This document shows, one piece after another, positions 18,587 through 27,623 of a stretch of DNA of 64,000 nucleotides. Positions within the stretch are counted from its first letter, which is position 1; each line of letters starts with the position of its first letter. This DNA is from Deltaproteobacteria bacterium. Lineage in GTDB: Bacteria; Bdellovibrionota; FAC87; UBA2466. The notes beneath the pieces were generated by a model, which searched no databases, was not told where the DNA came from, and saw only the letters and a program-made list of their open reading frames with translations. A program made the translations under genes and the position numbers. The DNA is taken from NCBI GenBank assembly GCA_900299195.1, contig OMIX01000081.1:1407-65406 (forward strand). The letters run 5' to 3'.

Positions 18587-20551
18587 TTATTGCTGCACAA
18601 TGGCGCCGTTGCTGTTTAGCTTAAAAATAGGAACAGTGCGTTTGGCCACTCGGTTAGTGTCGAACGAAATTTGACTACCTAAGGGTGAGGAAAATCCATT
18701 TTGTTGGGTTAGGAAGTTGACCATCTCGTTCCTATCCGCCGAGTTAGATAACTTAAGGGCTGATACCGCTACCGACATCGCTTCGTAAGCCTGACTTGCA
18801 AGTAAATCGGGGTTGGTTCCAAACGCGGCATTGTAATTTTTAATAAAAGTCATTTGAGTGGGATTTTGAGAAGCTAAATTTAAGCCTCCGGGGAAGAGCG
18901 ACCCTTCTACATATCTGCCTCCCCTTTGGAAAAGTTGATCACTGTTCCACTCGGTCGTCCCAAGTAAAGTTACTCCTTTAACATCTAAATAAGCGAGACT
19001 TGCAGCTATTTGAGCTACCGTTTTTGGACTGTCCGGAATAAACAGGGCTTCAAAGTCAATGATGGGCTGAAGTTTTACTTTGGGTTCGCGTCCCGTTTTT
19101 TCTTTTTGGGCCTTTTGATACTCGATGAGTTTCGCCATTTCCATTCTGCGATGTTTTGGATTTAGTCCGACTAACTCCTGAATGTTTTTTTGAAAATCTT
19201 TTTCTTCAGGGTTGTAAGTATCGTAAGCCACTACTTTGCCACCCAACTTTTCTACAGCATTCCAAAAATGGGTGCTGTATTCTTTGCCAAAATTATTATT
19301 GGGCACCAAGAGAGCAAATCGGCTCATTTTTAAATTGTTAATGCAGTGGGAAACTAAACTATCCAACTGTATTTTTGGAGTCATTGCATTTTGAAAAATG
19401 TAGGCCCCTCGCTCTGAAATTCCTTCTTTGCTGCTGAGAGAAATATTGAGAACTCCCAATTCTTGGGCCTTGTCTGCTGCATATACCGATTCTTTCCAAC
19501 TCAACGGTCCTATGATTGCCATGGCCTTATTCTCATTGACTAACTTTTCAACGGCATTTGCAGCAATGATGGGATTAGAATGACTGTCTTCCACTACCAC
19601 TTGGAGACCGTCATCAAGATTAGGAAAATAGGACTTAGCGGCTAGTAAAATGGCATCTAAAGCTTTTCTTCCATAGCTAGCTAGTTTTCCAGAGAGAGGA
19701 AGAACAACTCCAATCGTGTTACGCTCTCCCACTGAACTTCCCACCAATCCTTGGTTTATTGTGGGGGGGGCGATCGGTTCTGATTTGTAGTTTATCGAAG
19801 GGTTGCTTGCTACTGGGGGTACTTCGTTAGTTTGTAAACCAAGAACGGCTAAACGGTTATTAATTTTAGAACGAAACCGCTCCTCTTTGACTTGGTTTAA
19901 AAGTTGTTTCAGTTCGGAAGTGCTTTGGATTGAATTGATCGATTTTGAAATAGATTCGTCTAATTTAACTCGTTGACTCTCTTGCAGAGGAAGTTGAAGC
20001 TCGGCCAAATAGGCTAGGATAGCTCCTGATGGATTGTTAAGAGCCCTTGAGACTTGAGCAGCCAACTCGAAAACAATTTCAGCCCGTTTGGGTCCTTGAG
20101 CGTACACATCGCTTAATTTTAGTCGAGATAGAACCTCATTAGCTTTTTCAGGATTATCGCGTTGGAATTCGGCAGCAGCCCAATTGTAGGTCACATCAAA
20201 AGCTATTTCGGATTGAGGGAATTTCAGGAGAAATCCTGAAAACTCTTTTGCTGAGGACGTGTAATCTTGTTGGTAATAATAAATAGATCCTACCCGATAG
20301 CTAGCCAGTTGCCCGGCTTTTCCTTTTGGGAACTTGTTTTTAATGTTTTGATAAAGAGGGAGTGCTTTATCATAATCACGAGCGAAGAAATATTTTTCCG
20401 CTTGAAGAAAAGAAGCCTTAGCTTCGGGTTCAACTTTGTTTGCTCTCGGACTATCATATTTTCCTGAATAGAGAGAATTAACCTGCTGCGAGGCGCAGTG
20501 GGTTAATAAGAGCAACGATAAAATCGCAAAACCTAAGTTGAGTTTTTTCAT
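18587..20551 (-). CDS. LpoA/LppC-like lipoprotein (TPR + periplasmic-binding-protein type I fold)
   Basis: 654 aa with a lipobox LLLLTHC and N-terminal TPR-like repeats. The C-terminal part ([25 protein letters not shown]...AIIGPL) is typical of the Leu/Ile/Val-binding-like fold in penicillin-binding-protein activators. Confidence 0.55.
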   Translation of the reverse strand: MKKLNLGFAILSLLLLTHCASQQVNSLYSGKYDSPRANKVEPEAKASFLQAEKYFFARDYDKALPLYQNIKNKFPKGKAGQLASYRVGSIYYYQQDYTSSAKEFSGFLLKFPQSEIAFDVTYNWAAAEFQRDNPEKANEVLSRLKLSDVYAQGPKRAEIVFELAAQVSRALNNPSGAILAYLAELQLPLQESQRVKLDESISKSINSIQSTSELKQLLNQVKEERFRSKINNRLAVLGLQTNEVPPVASNPSINYKSEPIAPPTINQGLVGSSVGERNTIGVVLPLSGKLASYGRKALDAILLAAKSYFPNLDDGLQVVVEDSHSNPIIAANAVEKLVNENKAMAIIGPLSWKESVYAADKAQELGVLNISLSSKEGISERGAYIFQNAMTPKIQLDSLVSHCINNLKMSRFALLVPNNNFGKEYSTHFWNAVEKLGGKVVAYDTYNPEEKDFQKNIQELVGLNPKHRRMEMAKLIEYQKAQKEKTGREPKVKLQPIIDFEALFIPDSPKTVAQIAASLAYLDVKGVTLLGTTEWNSDQLFQRGGRYVEGSLFPGGLNLASQNPTQMTFIKNYNAAFGTNPDLLASQAYEAMSVAVSALKLSNSADRNEMVNFLTQQNGFSSPLGSQISFDTNRVAKRTVPIFKLNSNGAIVQQ

Positions 20552-21654
20552 GTTCTTATAATGTCTTTGAACTTTTTTAGGAAACTTGTCACGCCCGGGT
20601 GCGCATCCGGTCTTTCTTCTTTTTCAAATTGTCTGAGCAAATCTTTTTGTTTGGAGGTCAAGTGCTTAGGAATTTCGACGTTGACTCGAACAAACTGATC
20701 TCCGTGGCCAGATCCATTAAGGCGTTTAATTCCTTTTCCCTTTAAGCGGTAGGTTTCTCCCGATTGGGTGCCAGCTTTAAGATCTACTTTTAAAGATCCA
20801 CTTAAAGAGGGGACGTCAATTTCAGCTCCTAAAGCAGCTTGAGTAAAAGTAATCGGCATATCTACGATGACATGTTCCCCTTCGCGTTTGAACAACGGGT
20901 GTTCTTGAACTCGCACTGAGACGTAGAGGTCTCCGGGAGTTCCCCCTGTTTCCGCTATTTCTCCTTGGCCCCTGAGTCGAATCCTTTGGTCATTGTCGAT
21001 ACCTGCAGGAATGGTCACATTCACTGAATGGGGTTTTTTAACAGAGCCTTGGCCTCGGCAATCGGAACATTTACTTTCGATAATGGCTCCTCGACCCGCA
21101 CATTGGGGGCAAGTTCTAGCTAAGGTGAAAAACCCCTGATTAAAACGAACTTGACCTGTCCCCCGACACTGTTTGCAAGCTTGAGGACGAGTTCCCGGCT
21201 TAGCGCCGGAACCTGTGCAGGTTTCACAAGCAAACTCTTTTTCAAATGTAATCTTTTTTTCTGTTCCTAATGCAGCTTCTTCAAAGGTGATTTCAAGATT
21301 GTAACGAAGATCTCCCCCGCCTGTTTGCCGGCCCCCGCCTCCAAAAATGTCTCCGAAAATATTGTCAAAAATATCGGAGAATGATCCACTGGCGAATCCA
21401 CTGGGATCGAATCCTCCCGCCCCAGCACCCATGCCGGCATGTCCGAACTGGTCATACATCCCTCGTTTTTTGGGGTCGCTTAAAACCTGATAGGCTTCGT
21501 TGACTTCTTTGAAGGCGTCTTCCGCTTTTTTATCGCCAGGGTTTTTGTCAGGATGATATTGGATCGCTAGCTTACGAAAAGCTTTTTTCAATTCTTCATC
21601 CGAAACTCCTCTAGAGACCCCGAGGATTTCGTAATAATCCCTTTTTGCCATCAC
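20548..21654 (-). CDS. dnaJ: molecular chaperone DnaJ
   Basis: J domain with HPD (YHPDKNP), a G/F-rich linker and four CxxCxGxG repeats ([32 protein letters not shown]). Confidence 0.95.
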   Translation of the reverse strand: MMAKRDYYEILGVSRGVSDEELKKAFRKLAIQYHPDKNPGDKKAEDAFKEVNEAYQVLSDPKKRGMYDQFGHAGMGAGAGGFDPSGFASGSFSDIFDNIFGDIFGGGGRQTGGGDLRYNLEITFEEAALGTEKKITFEKEFACETCTGSGAKPGTRPQACKQCRGTGQVRFNQGFFTLARTCPQCAGRGAIIESKCSDCRGQGSVKKPHSVNVTIPAGIDNDQRIRLRGQGEIAETGGTPGDLYVSVRVQEHPLFKREGEHVIVDMPITFTQAALGAEIDVPSLSGSLKVDLKAGTQSGETYRLKGKGIKRLNGSGHGDQFVRVNVEIPKHLTSKQKDLLRQFEKEERPDAHPGVTSFLKKFKDIIRT

Positions 21655-22220
21655 TCTCTCGCTTTAACTACGACTACTCTAGCCGGTTTTAATAATTTTC
21701 CATGAAGCATACACCCTTTTTGAACCACGGAATGAACGGTGTTGGTGGTTTGCCCCTGAGCTTCCACTTCAGAAATAGCCTCGTGTTTAAGTGGGTCAAA
21801 AGTCTCTCCCACTTGTCCGATGAGTTCAACTCCAAATTTACTCAGCAGTTGAATCAATTCCGAGCGGGTCATTTCAATTCCAGTCACGAAGTTGGTAACA
21901 TCATTATCGCCTTTGCTTTTTAATTTGCTGGAATGGGCGATGGCATGCTCGAAAAGATCTAAAACCGAAACGATTTCGCTGACCATATTCTTGTTAGCCA
22001 TTTTAATGGCAGTATCCTGATCTTTTAAGAGCCTTTTTTTATAGTTATCGAACTCGGCCCGGATGTAGAGAATTTCTCTTTCCGCTTTTTGAGCAGCTTC
22101 AAATGCAGCTTTCTGATGGTCAATCTCTTGAGCTTCGCCTTCAGCGACCATTTCGCTGTGAGATTTCGATTCTTCTGCATCAGAGTTTGAGGGATTTTGT
22201 TTATTGTTGTCTGATTCCAT
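21651..22220 (-). CDS. grpE: nucleotide exchange factor GrpE
   Basis: 189 aa with the usual acidic N-terminus, the [10 protein letters not shown] motif and a GrpE C-terminal beta domain. It overlaps dnaJ by 4 nt. Confidence 0.9.
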   Translation of the reverse strand: MESDNNKQNPSNSDAEESKSHSEMVAEGEAQEIDHQKAAFEAAQKAEREILYIRAEFDNYKKRLLKDQDTAIKMANKNMVSEIVSVLDLFEHAIAHSSKLKSKGDNDVTNFVTGIEMTRSELIQLLSKFGVELIGQVGETFDPLKHEAISEVEAQGQTTNTVHSVVQKGCMLHGKLLKPARVVVVKARE

Positions 22221-23058
22221 TTTCTCCGTCCTTAATTAAAACCTTCCGGTATCGTCCTTTAAAGTCTGCAGCCCCTTTAACCACCGATCGCCTGACCTGA
22301 TCCAACAATCCATGCAGCGTTTTGATCTCTCTAATATGGTTAGGCAACTGGGAGAATATCTCCTCAAGACGCGGTCGCATTTTAAAAGGATCTCCCGGTA
22401 AAATAAAGCCTACATCTTCAGCAACTTGAAGCATATGTTGAACCAGTTTTTCTTTGCTGGAGGGTTTTGCAGACTCCAAACTTTCCCAATCCTCCAACAT
22501 GGCCATATTGGCTTCATAACAAAATATAAGTACGGATTGAGCTAAGTTAAGTGACCGATATTGTTGCAATGAAGGAATGGTAACGACCCAGTCACATAAG
22601 GCGATTTCCTCATTGGTTAACCCGCAGCTTTCAGGACCAAAAACCAAAACTAATCTTTCAATTTGACCTTGGATAAGTTTTGATGTTGCGCGTTGTAAAG
22701 CTTCACGAACTCGTGTGGGGTGAGGCCGTTTGGCCGAGCCTACTCGTGCTGTGGCCGCCAGTGACAAAAGGGGTTGTCCTTGAGCAAGTTCCTGTTGGTT
22801 TTTTAAGCAGGCCTCAAGTGAATCAAAATGGACGATTTTATCTAAGTAGCCCTTGGCATGTTTGGCTAAACGAAAACTCTCCTCATTGAGGATGTTGGGA
22901 TTGCCCACGATACAGAAATCCCCCTCTATTCCCATGTTAGATAGGGCCCGTGCGATTGAACCTACATTGCCAGGCTGTTCAGGACGAACTAAAACCGTTG
23001 TGATCTTATGGCCCATTTCAGAGCAGGATCTGTGGAAAACTTTGTAGGGGTTTTTCAT
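22201..23058 (-). CDS. SpoU/TrmH-class RNA 2'-O-methyltransferase (TrmJ/LasT-like)
   Basis: 285 aa with VLVRPEQPGNVGSIARA, FGPESCGL and IPS....SLNLAQSV motifs of the SPOUT family. Its 3' end overlaps grpE by 20 nt. Confidence 0.75.
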   Translation of the reverse strand: MKNPYKVFHRSCSEMGHKITTVLVRPEQPGNVGSIARALSNMGIEGDFCIVGNPNILNEESFRLAKHAKGYLDKIVHFDSLEACLKNQQELAQGQPLLSLAATARVGSAKRPHPTRVREALQRATSKLIQGQIERLVLVFGPESCGLTNEEIALCDWVVTIPSLQQYRSLNLAQSVLIFCYEANMAMLEDWESLESAKPSSKEKLVQHMLQVAEDVGFILPGDPFKMRPRLEEIFSQLPNHIREIKTLHGLLDQVRRSVVKGAADFKGRYRKVLIKDGENGIRQQ

Positions 23059-23169
23059 TTGGAGAAAGACACTAACACAACGCAGAAAAAAGTAAAATTT
23101 TTATGCTGTTAGCTTGTGAAACTGGCCTAAAGGAAAGTCTGTGAACCTCTTGTTGAAATGAGGCCCAAG

Positions 23170-24486
23170 CTAAACCGCCCTTTTGGGGGATTTCGGCATT
23201 CCCTCAAGCGGATTCTGTCTTTTTGAAGAGGCTTTTCTTTCGCTAGCGGCTAGTCCTAACAGGGTTAAAATCCGTACACCCGCCTGAGTAGAATTATCTT
23301 TTGAAGTCGATGAGATCGATTTTGCCAAACGAGGGGCCTGTTTTTTTGAATTCAAAAGTTGTTTTGCTATTACGGCAGCCAATACCGCAAGCCACCACTT
23401 AGATAGGTGAGTGCTATTTTCTGGAGTTTTAGCCAGTGATGGTGACGCTAATGAACGATCTCCAACCCCTTTTTTCAGCTGAGCAAGTTCAGGGAGTGTT
23501 CCCATCATGCGGTTGGAACCATAGCCTTGTTTGACCAATTGCTTAGATAAATCATTTTCGGTTTCTGCCAAAAGTTGTTCGGCCAGGGTGCTTCCGACTA
23601 AAAAAATGAGCGTGCCTTTTTCAGAGGATCCCCTCGCTGAATTAGCGGCCGAGGCCAATTCTCTTCTAGCTCCAGCAGTATCTAAGTTTTCAAAAGAGGT
23701 ATCTTGGTCTTGAGCTCGTGGGTCCAACGAGGATGTTTCGTCCAAAAGTCGGTTGATCACTTCTTCATTTCCAGAAGAATCACTGACCCATCCAGCTCCT
23801 GGGGTTTTTGTTTTACTTGCCAATTCTTTTGAGCCCTTGCTCTCTTGGCTGGCCTTTTCTGCAAGAGCTTTGGCATAGGCCTCTTTTAATTCGGGTCTAG
23901 ATTCCACCAGCCGAGCTGCTTCGGCAGCTGAACCTTTGGTGAGAATAAAATCTGAAACATCTCTCAATTGGGTTTGCATGACAGGGGCTGAGGCTGACGG
24001 TTCGCTGGTGCTCACATCCGAATTATCTCCATCCACTTTTCTGTGACCCAAAAGAGGATCTTGTTTATTGGCTTCTGTGAGAACCCGGTATCCTAATCCC
24101 AACTGGAGTCCATGGAAGGAACAGAGGATTTGTTGCGTGTCAGGATCCTCCTCTGTGACCTGTTTGAGGGCTTTGGGTCCTTTCGGATCTTGAGGAACTA
24201 AGTCCTCTGCATTTTTTCCAGTGAATCTCATGTCGTGAGGAGCGTCTGAGAGATTTTGGAACTCAAACTTATAACCTTTGAGCGAATCTAAAGTATTCAT
24301 TGGCTTTCCAGCATCGTTGGAACCTGAAATGCAACCACTTTCGTCTCCGTTTAAAGAGATGCAGTAGCGGCCTTTTTGTCCAATCTGGTAAAGTTTGATC
24401 ATTCCTTGGCTCTCTTTAGATTCCGCAAACGACTGGTTTAAAATCGAAGTTAAAAGCTGGGTTAGCAAAAGGGTTTTAATGGTCAT
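23170..24486 (-). CDS. secreted/anchored hypothetical protein, possible cupredoxin-like N-domain and low-complexity tail
   Basis: The ATG at 24486 has GGAG 8 nt upstream and yields a signal peptide (MTIKTLLLTQLLTSILNQSFA). The N-domain has APHDMRF ... CSFHGLQ spacing reminiscent of type-1 Cu ligands. The remainder is Ala/Ser/Lys/Glu-rich with one C-terminal hydrophobic helix (WWLAVLAAVIA). Confidence 0.3.
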   Translation of the reverse strand: MTIKTLLLTQLLTSILNQSFAESKESQGMIKLYQIGQKGRYCISLNGDESGCISGSNDAGKPMNTLDSLKGYKFEFQNLSDAPHDMRFTGKNAEDLVPQDPKGPKALKQVTEEDPDTQQILCSFHGLQLGLGYRVLTEANKQDPLLGHRKVDGDNSDVSTSEPSASAPVMQTQLRDVSDFILTKGSAAEAARLVESRPELKEAYAKALAEKASQESKGSKELASKTKTPGAGWVSDSSGNEEVINRLLDETSSLDPRAQDQDTSFENLDTAGARRELASAANSARGSSEKGTLIFLVGSTLAEQLLAETENDLSKQLVKQGYGSNRMMGTLPELAQLKKGVGDRSLASPSLAKTPENSTHLSKWWLAVLAAVIAKQLLNSKKQAPRLAKSISSTSKDNSTQAGVRILTLLGLAASERKASSKRQNPLEGMPKSPKRAV

Positions 24487-25543
24487 AATTGACTCCAAAT
24501 CGATGACTTTCCTGACTGGCAATGTGTCTTTCTTTTTTAGATCTTGAAAGTGTCATTAAAAAATCGATGAGCTGTGATTTTTCAGATTCAGTTAAATTCA
24601 ATGAAGTAATAAATATTTTTGTACTTTTTCGAATGTGTGAGCCGCCACGGTTGTAATGTTCAACCACCTCATTTAGGGTCGATAGTGAACCGTCGTGCAT
24701 ATAAGGAGCTCGGTCAGCCACACTTCTTAAGGTTGGAGTTTTAAAACCATACTTAAGAACTTCTAACTGAACAATCTCGCCTCTACCGGGTTGGGTTTCT
24801 GCAAGTCCTGTGTCCGCGTAACTCCCATTGGTAAAATTCCAACCGGAATGGCAAGTGACACATTTGGCTTTTTCATTAAAAAGAACAAACCCTTTTTTCG
24901 CTTCCTCTGAGATAGCTCTCTCTTCCCCATCAATCCAGCGATCAAAAGGAGTATTGATAGAGATGATACTTCTTTCATAAGTCGTTATGGCTTTGGCAAC
25001 TGAGGCAGGAGTTAACCCCTCTTGAGGAAAGGCTACTTTGAAAAGTTTTTGATAATTGGGATCTTGAGACAATCGGTTTACCATTTCATCAAGGGATAAA
25101 TCCATTTCATCATGGGCCTGAATAGGCATCAAAGCCTGTTCTTCCAAGGTTCTGGCTCGACCATCCCAAAAAAACTCATTTCCAAATGCTACATTGAGAA
25201 GAGTGGGAGTTCTTCTAGGTAACTCTGCTCCCTCTCTCCCTAAGGCTTTAGGGTAGTTATCGGTAAAATGATAATCAGGTCGATGACAAGTGGCGCAGCT
25301 CATCTTATTTGAGCGGGACAAAGCCTCTTCAAAAAATAGAGCCTTTCCTAAAATTTCTTTAGCTGGCGTGTAAGGGTTAGACTTGGGGTAGCGAACGTAT
25401 TGGGGACGCTGATAAAGTTTTTTCAGTGTCTCAACAGACGAAGCGTCTTCATTTTTCTTGATGAAAGAAACCAGAAGACTACTGATTCCAAGAAGAAAGC
25501 TAATCGCAATGATGAATTTTGCCATCCCTAAATCACCCAGCAC
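24476..25543 (-). CDS. di-haem cytochrome c peroxidase (CCP/MauG family)
   Basis: 355 aa with two CxxCH sites (CATCH, CVTCH), the PTLRSVADRAPYMHDGS motif and an N-terminal anchor or signal. An alternative ATG start lies at 25525. Confidence 0.9.
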   Translation of the reverse strand: MLGDLGMAKFIIAISFLLGISSLLVSFIKKNEDASSVETLKKLYQRPQYVRYPKSNPYTPAKEILGKALFFEEALSRSNKMSCATCHRPDYHFTDNYPKALGREGAELPRRTPTLLNVAFGNEFFWDGRARTLEEQALMPIQAHDEMDLSLDEMVNRLSQDPNYQKLFKVAFPQEGLTPASVAKAITTYERSIISINTPFDRWIDGEERAISEEAKKGFVLFNEKAKCVTCHSGWNFTNGSYADTGLAETQPGRGEIVQLEVLKYGFKTPTLRSVADRAPYMHDGSLSTLNEVVEHYNRGGSHIRKSTKIFITSLNLTESEKSQLIDFLMTLSRSKKERHIASQESHRFGVNYDH

Positions 25544-25836
25544 TTACTCGCCCAGAGTTACTCCGGTTAAAACGGTGGGTATCAAAGTAAGATCGAGGGT
25601 TCCCCTTGTTAAGAAGCTACTGCAAAAGAGTGACCAATGAATTCAAGCTGTAATAGCTTGTTAAACAAACAGTCTTCAGTTGGTCAATTGTACAAATGTC
25701 AATACTGTGAGACTTCCAAAAATATTTTTACGTATTCTGTCTGTGCGAGTGTCTAAGAATCGCTTCTTTGTAGTCTTGATGTGTGGTCTTGAGAAAACAA
25801 TTTGAAGAATCCTATAATGAAATTGGGAGGTGGAAC

Positions 25837-26649
25837 ATGAAAGTTCACACAATCATATCACTTGGTATAATCAGTTTAACTTTGAATGAAGGAGCTTGGG
25901 GAAATCCTCTTCACGGGAATTTCGCTCGAGATCCCAGTTCCGGTTCGTTTGCAGGGGGAGCACAGAGAAATCCTTCGTCTATTAAGAGTGCAGGGGTGAA
26001 CTCAAATTCTTCAGCATTCGTTCCTGATAAGATTCAACAAAAAATACAGAACAAACAAACAGACCAAGAAAAATCTGAGGCGATGAACCGAACCAACGCT
26101 GAGGATAGCAAAAAGGGCTCTGCCGCTAAGTTTTTTTCAGTTCGCAAAGATAAAAATGGCAGAGAGGTTTTGGGAGCACCTCTGGATCCCAATTCGATGC
26201 GGAACATGAATGGACAACGTGTTGCAGTGAAAGCGGATGCGACTGGTAAAGTTCTCTTTGGTACGATTAATACTCAATTGGGAGATGACCTCTATCGCAA
26301 TGCGACCGTTGAGGCCAATGGAAAGCAGTACGTTAAAGCTAATCAGGCGTTTCCAGGAAACGATCCTGTGGGCATCATCGTGGACGGACAGGGTGCTAAG
26401 GGAAGTGATTTGGGCATGAAACGTGAGGCGGGACTTCGAGAATATGCCGCGGGCGCCATGACACAAGACCAAGCTGAACGCATGGGCAGTATGGCAGATA
26501 ATACCCTCAAGTTGGTGGTTTATCAGGGCTCTAACCTAATTGGTGGCGGCGGAGGCGGTGGCGGTGGGATGGGAGGAGCGGATACTGGACAAGGTCGTTC
26601 ATCGGGAGGAAAAACCAGCGGAGCCGCACCTGCACCTTCTGGGAGATAG
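25837..26649 (+). CDS. secreted hypothetical protein with Gly-rich C-terminus
   Basis: The ATG at 25837 lies 6 nt after GGGAGG, so the ORF-track GTG at 25783 is probably too far upstream. It has a signal peptide (MKVHTIISLGIISLTL) and a C-terminal GGGGGGGGMGG run. Confidence 0.5.
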   Translation: MKVHTIISLGIISLTLNEGAWGNPLHGNFARDPSSGSFAGGAQRNPSSIKSAGVNSNSSAFVPDKIQQKIQNKQTDQEKSEAMNRTNAEDSKKGSAAKFFSVRKDKNGREVLGAPLDPNSMRNMNGQRVAVKADATGKVLFGTINTQLGDDLYRNATVEANGKQYVKANQAFPGNDPVGIIVDGQGAKGSDLGMKREAGLREYAAGAMTQDQAERMGSMADNTLKLVVYQGSNLIGGGGGGGGGMGGADTGQGRSSGGKTSGAAPAPSGR

Positions 26650-26652
26650 TCG

Positions 26653-27273
26653 ATGAAGGCACTGATTAAAATCTTAACGATCCTATTGGTGAGTCTCGGC
26701 GCAGTCTTTCTGTTCCGGGGCTCATTCCATTTAGGGGCTAAACCGCTCCCCATTTTGGGTAGTCTTGAGCCCTTCTACTTAAGAGATCAAGCGGCTCAAC
26801 GAGTAACATCCGACCATTTTTCTGGGAAAGTGACCGTGGTGGATTTTATTTTCACTCGGTGTCCTGGAATTTGTCCCTTACTCACCCAGAGAATGGCTGA
26901 GCTTGAGAGGAGAACCCGTGATTTGGGTTCACAAATTCAATTCATCTCGATTTCGGTGGATCCTGAAAATGATATTCCGTTGGTTTTAAAAGCCTATACT
27001 GAAAAACAGAACTTGAATCTGATGCGGTGGAAATTTCTCACTGGCCCGTTGGATTCGATTGAAAAAGTCGTTGTGGAGGGGTTTAGGACCCAAATGGGCA
27101 AAAGACACATTGCAACTGAATCTGGACCCGATCTCCTAGAAATTACTCACGGAGAGAACTTTATTTTAGTCGATCCTCGCCTCAATTTGAGACTGTTCCA
27201 CAAAGTCCAAACCGACGATGACTTACAAGTTGTTTACAAAAGCGCTCTGCGGCTTATCAAAGAGTCATTCTAA
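26653..27273 (+). CDS. SCO/SenC family copper chaperone (thioredoxin fold)
   Basis: 206 aa with a single N-terminal TM helix, the CxxxC motif FTRCPGICP and a conserved downstream His (ITHGENF). Confidence 0.85.
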   Translation: MKALIKILTILLVSLGAVFLFRGSFHLGAKPLPILGSLEPFYLRDQAAQRVTSDHFSGKVTVVDFIFTRCPGICPLLTQRMAELERRTRDLGSQIQFISISVDPENDIPLVLKAYTEKQNLNLMRWKFLTGPLDSIEKVVVEGFRTQMGKRHIATESGPDLLEITHGENFILVDPRLNLRLFHKVQTDDDLQVVYKSALRLIKESF

Positions 27274-27298
27274 AAATTAACGAGTTATGAACAGAACC

Positions 27299-27307
27299 TG
27301 TGGACAA
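27299..27307 (-). promoter_or_regulatory. DnaA-box-like 9-mer (TTGTCCACA on minus strand)
   Basis: TGTGGACAA on the plus strand matches the complement of the TTATCCACA consensus at 8 of 9 positions. Confidence 0.4.
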
Positions 27308-27454
27308 CTTAATGCGGATTGTTTTTATGGGAAAAAGAAATGATTTGACGCATTAAAAAAGTCAACTATGCTGAAAATACAGATAGTTAGACAAACAAGA
27401 TACACTTATCCCCTAACAAGAAACTTCAGAACCGTTACGACTCTGTTCAGAGGC

Positions 27455-27475
27455 TTATCCACAGGCTGTGGATAA
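27455..27475. promoter_or_regulatory. perfect inverted pair of consensus DnaA boxes
   Basis: TTATCCACA-GGC-TGTGGATAA read directly from the sequence. Each arm is the exact E. coli-type DnaA box consensus. The site is in a 350-nt spacer between convergent genes. Confidence 0.55.
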
Positions 27476-27623
27476 TTTGCTGAGACGGGTCCACATCGAC
27501 TCTAGGAATTAATGCACTCCAACAAAAATTTTCAACGAACTCAAACTAAAAACCTGCTTACTGCGGCAAACAGAGGTTCTATTTTTTGGGGGTTTTAATG
27601 TCAATGCAAAATTTTCAAAAAAA

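Noticed and set aside
23059-23169. CIRCE/HrcA operator upstream of the SpoU-grpE-dnaJ unit.
   Set aside because: No TTAGCACTC-N9-GAGTGCTAA-like inverted repeat is visible in this spacer.
25789-25818. TTGAGA-18-TATAAT promoter-like element upstream of the 25837 gene.
   Set aside because: The predicted transcription start would fall inside the GGGAGG RBS, leaving almost no leader. The match is plausible but too marginal to list as a feature.
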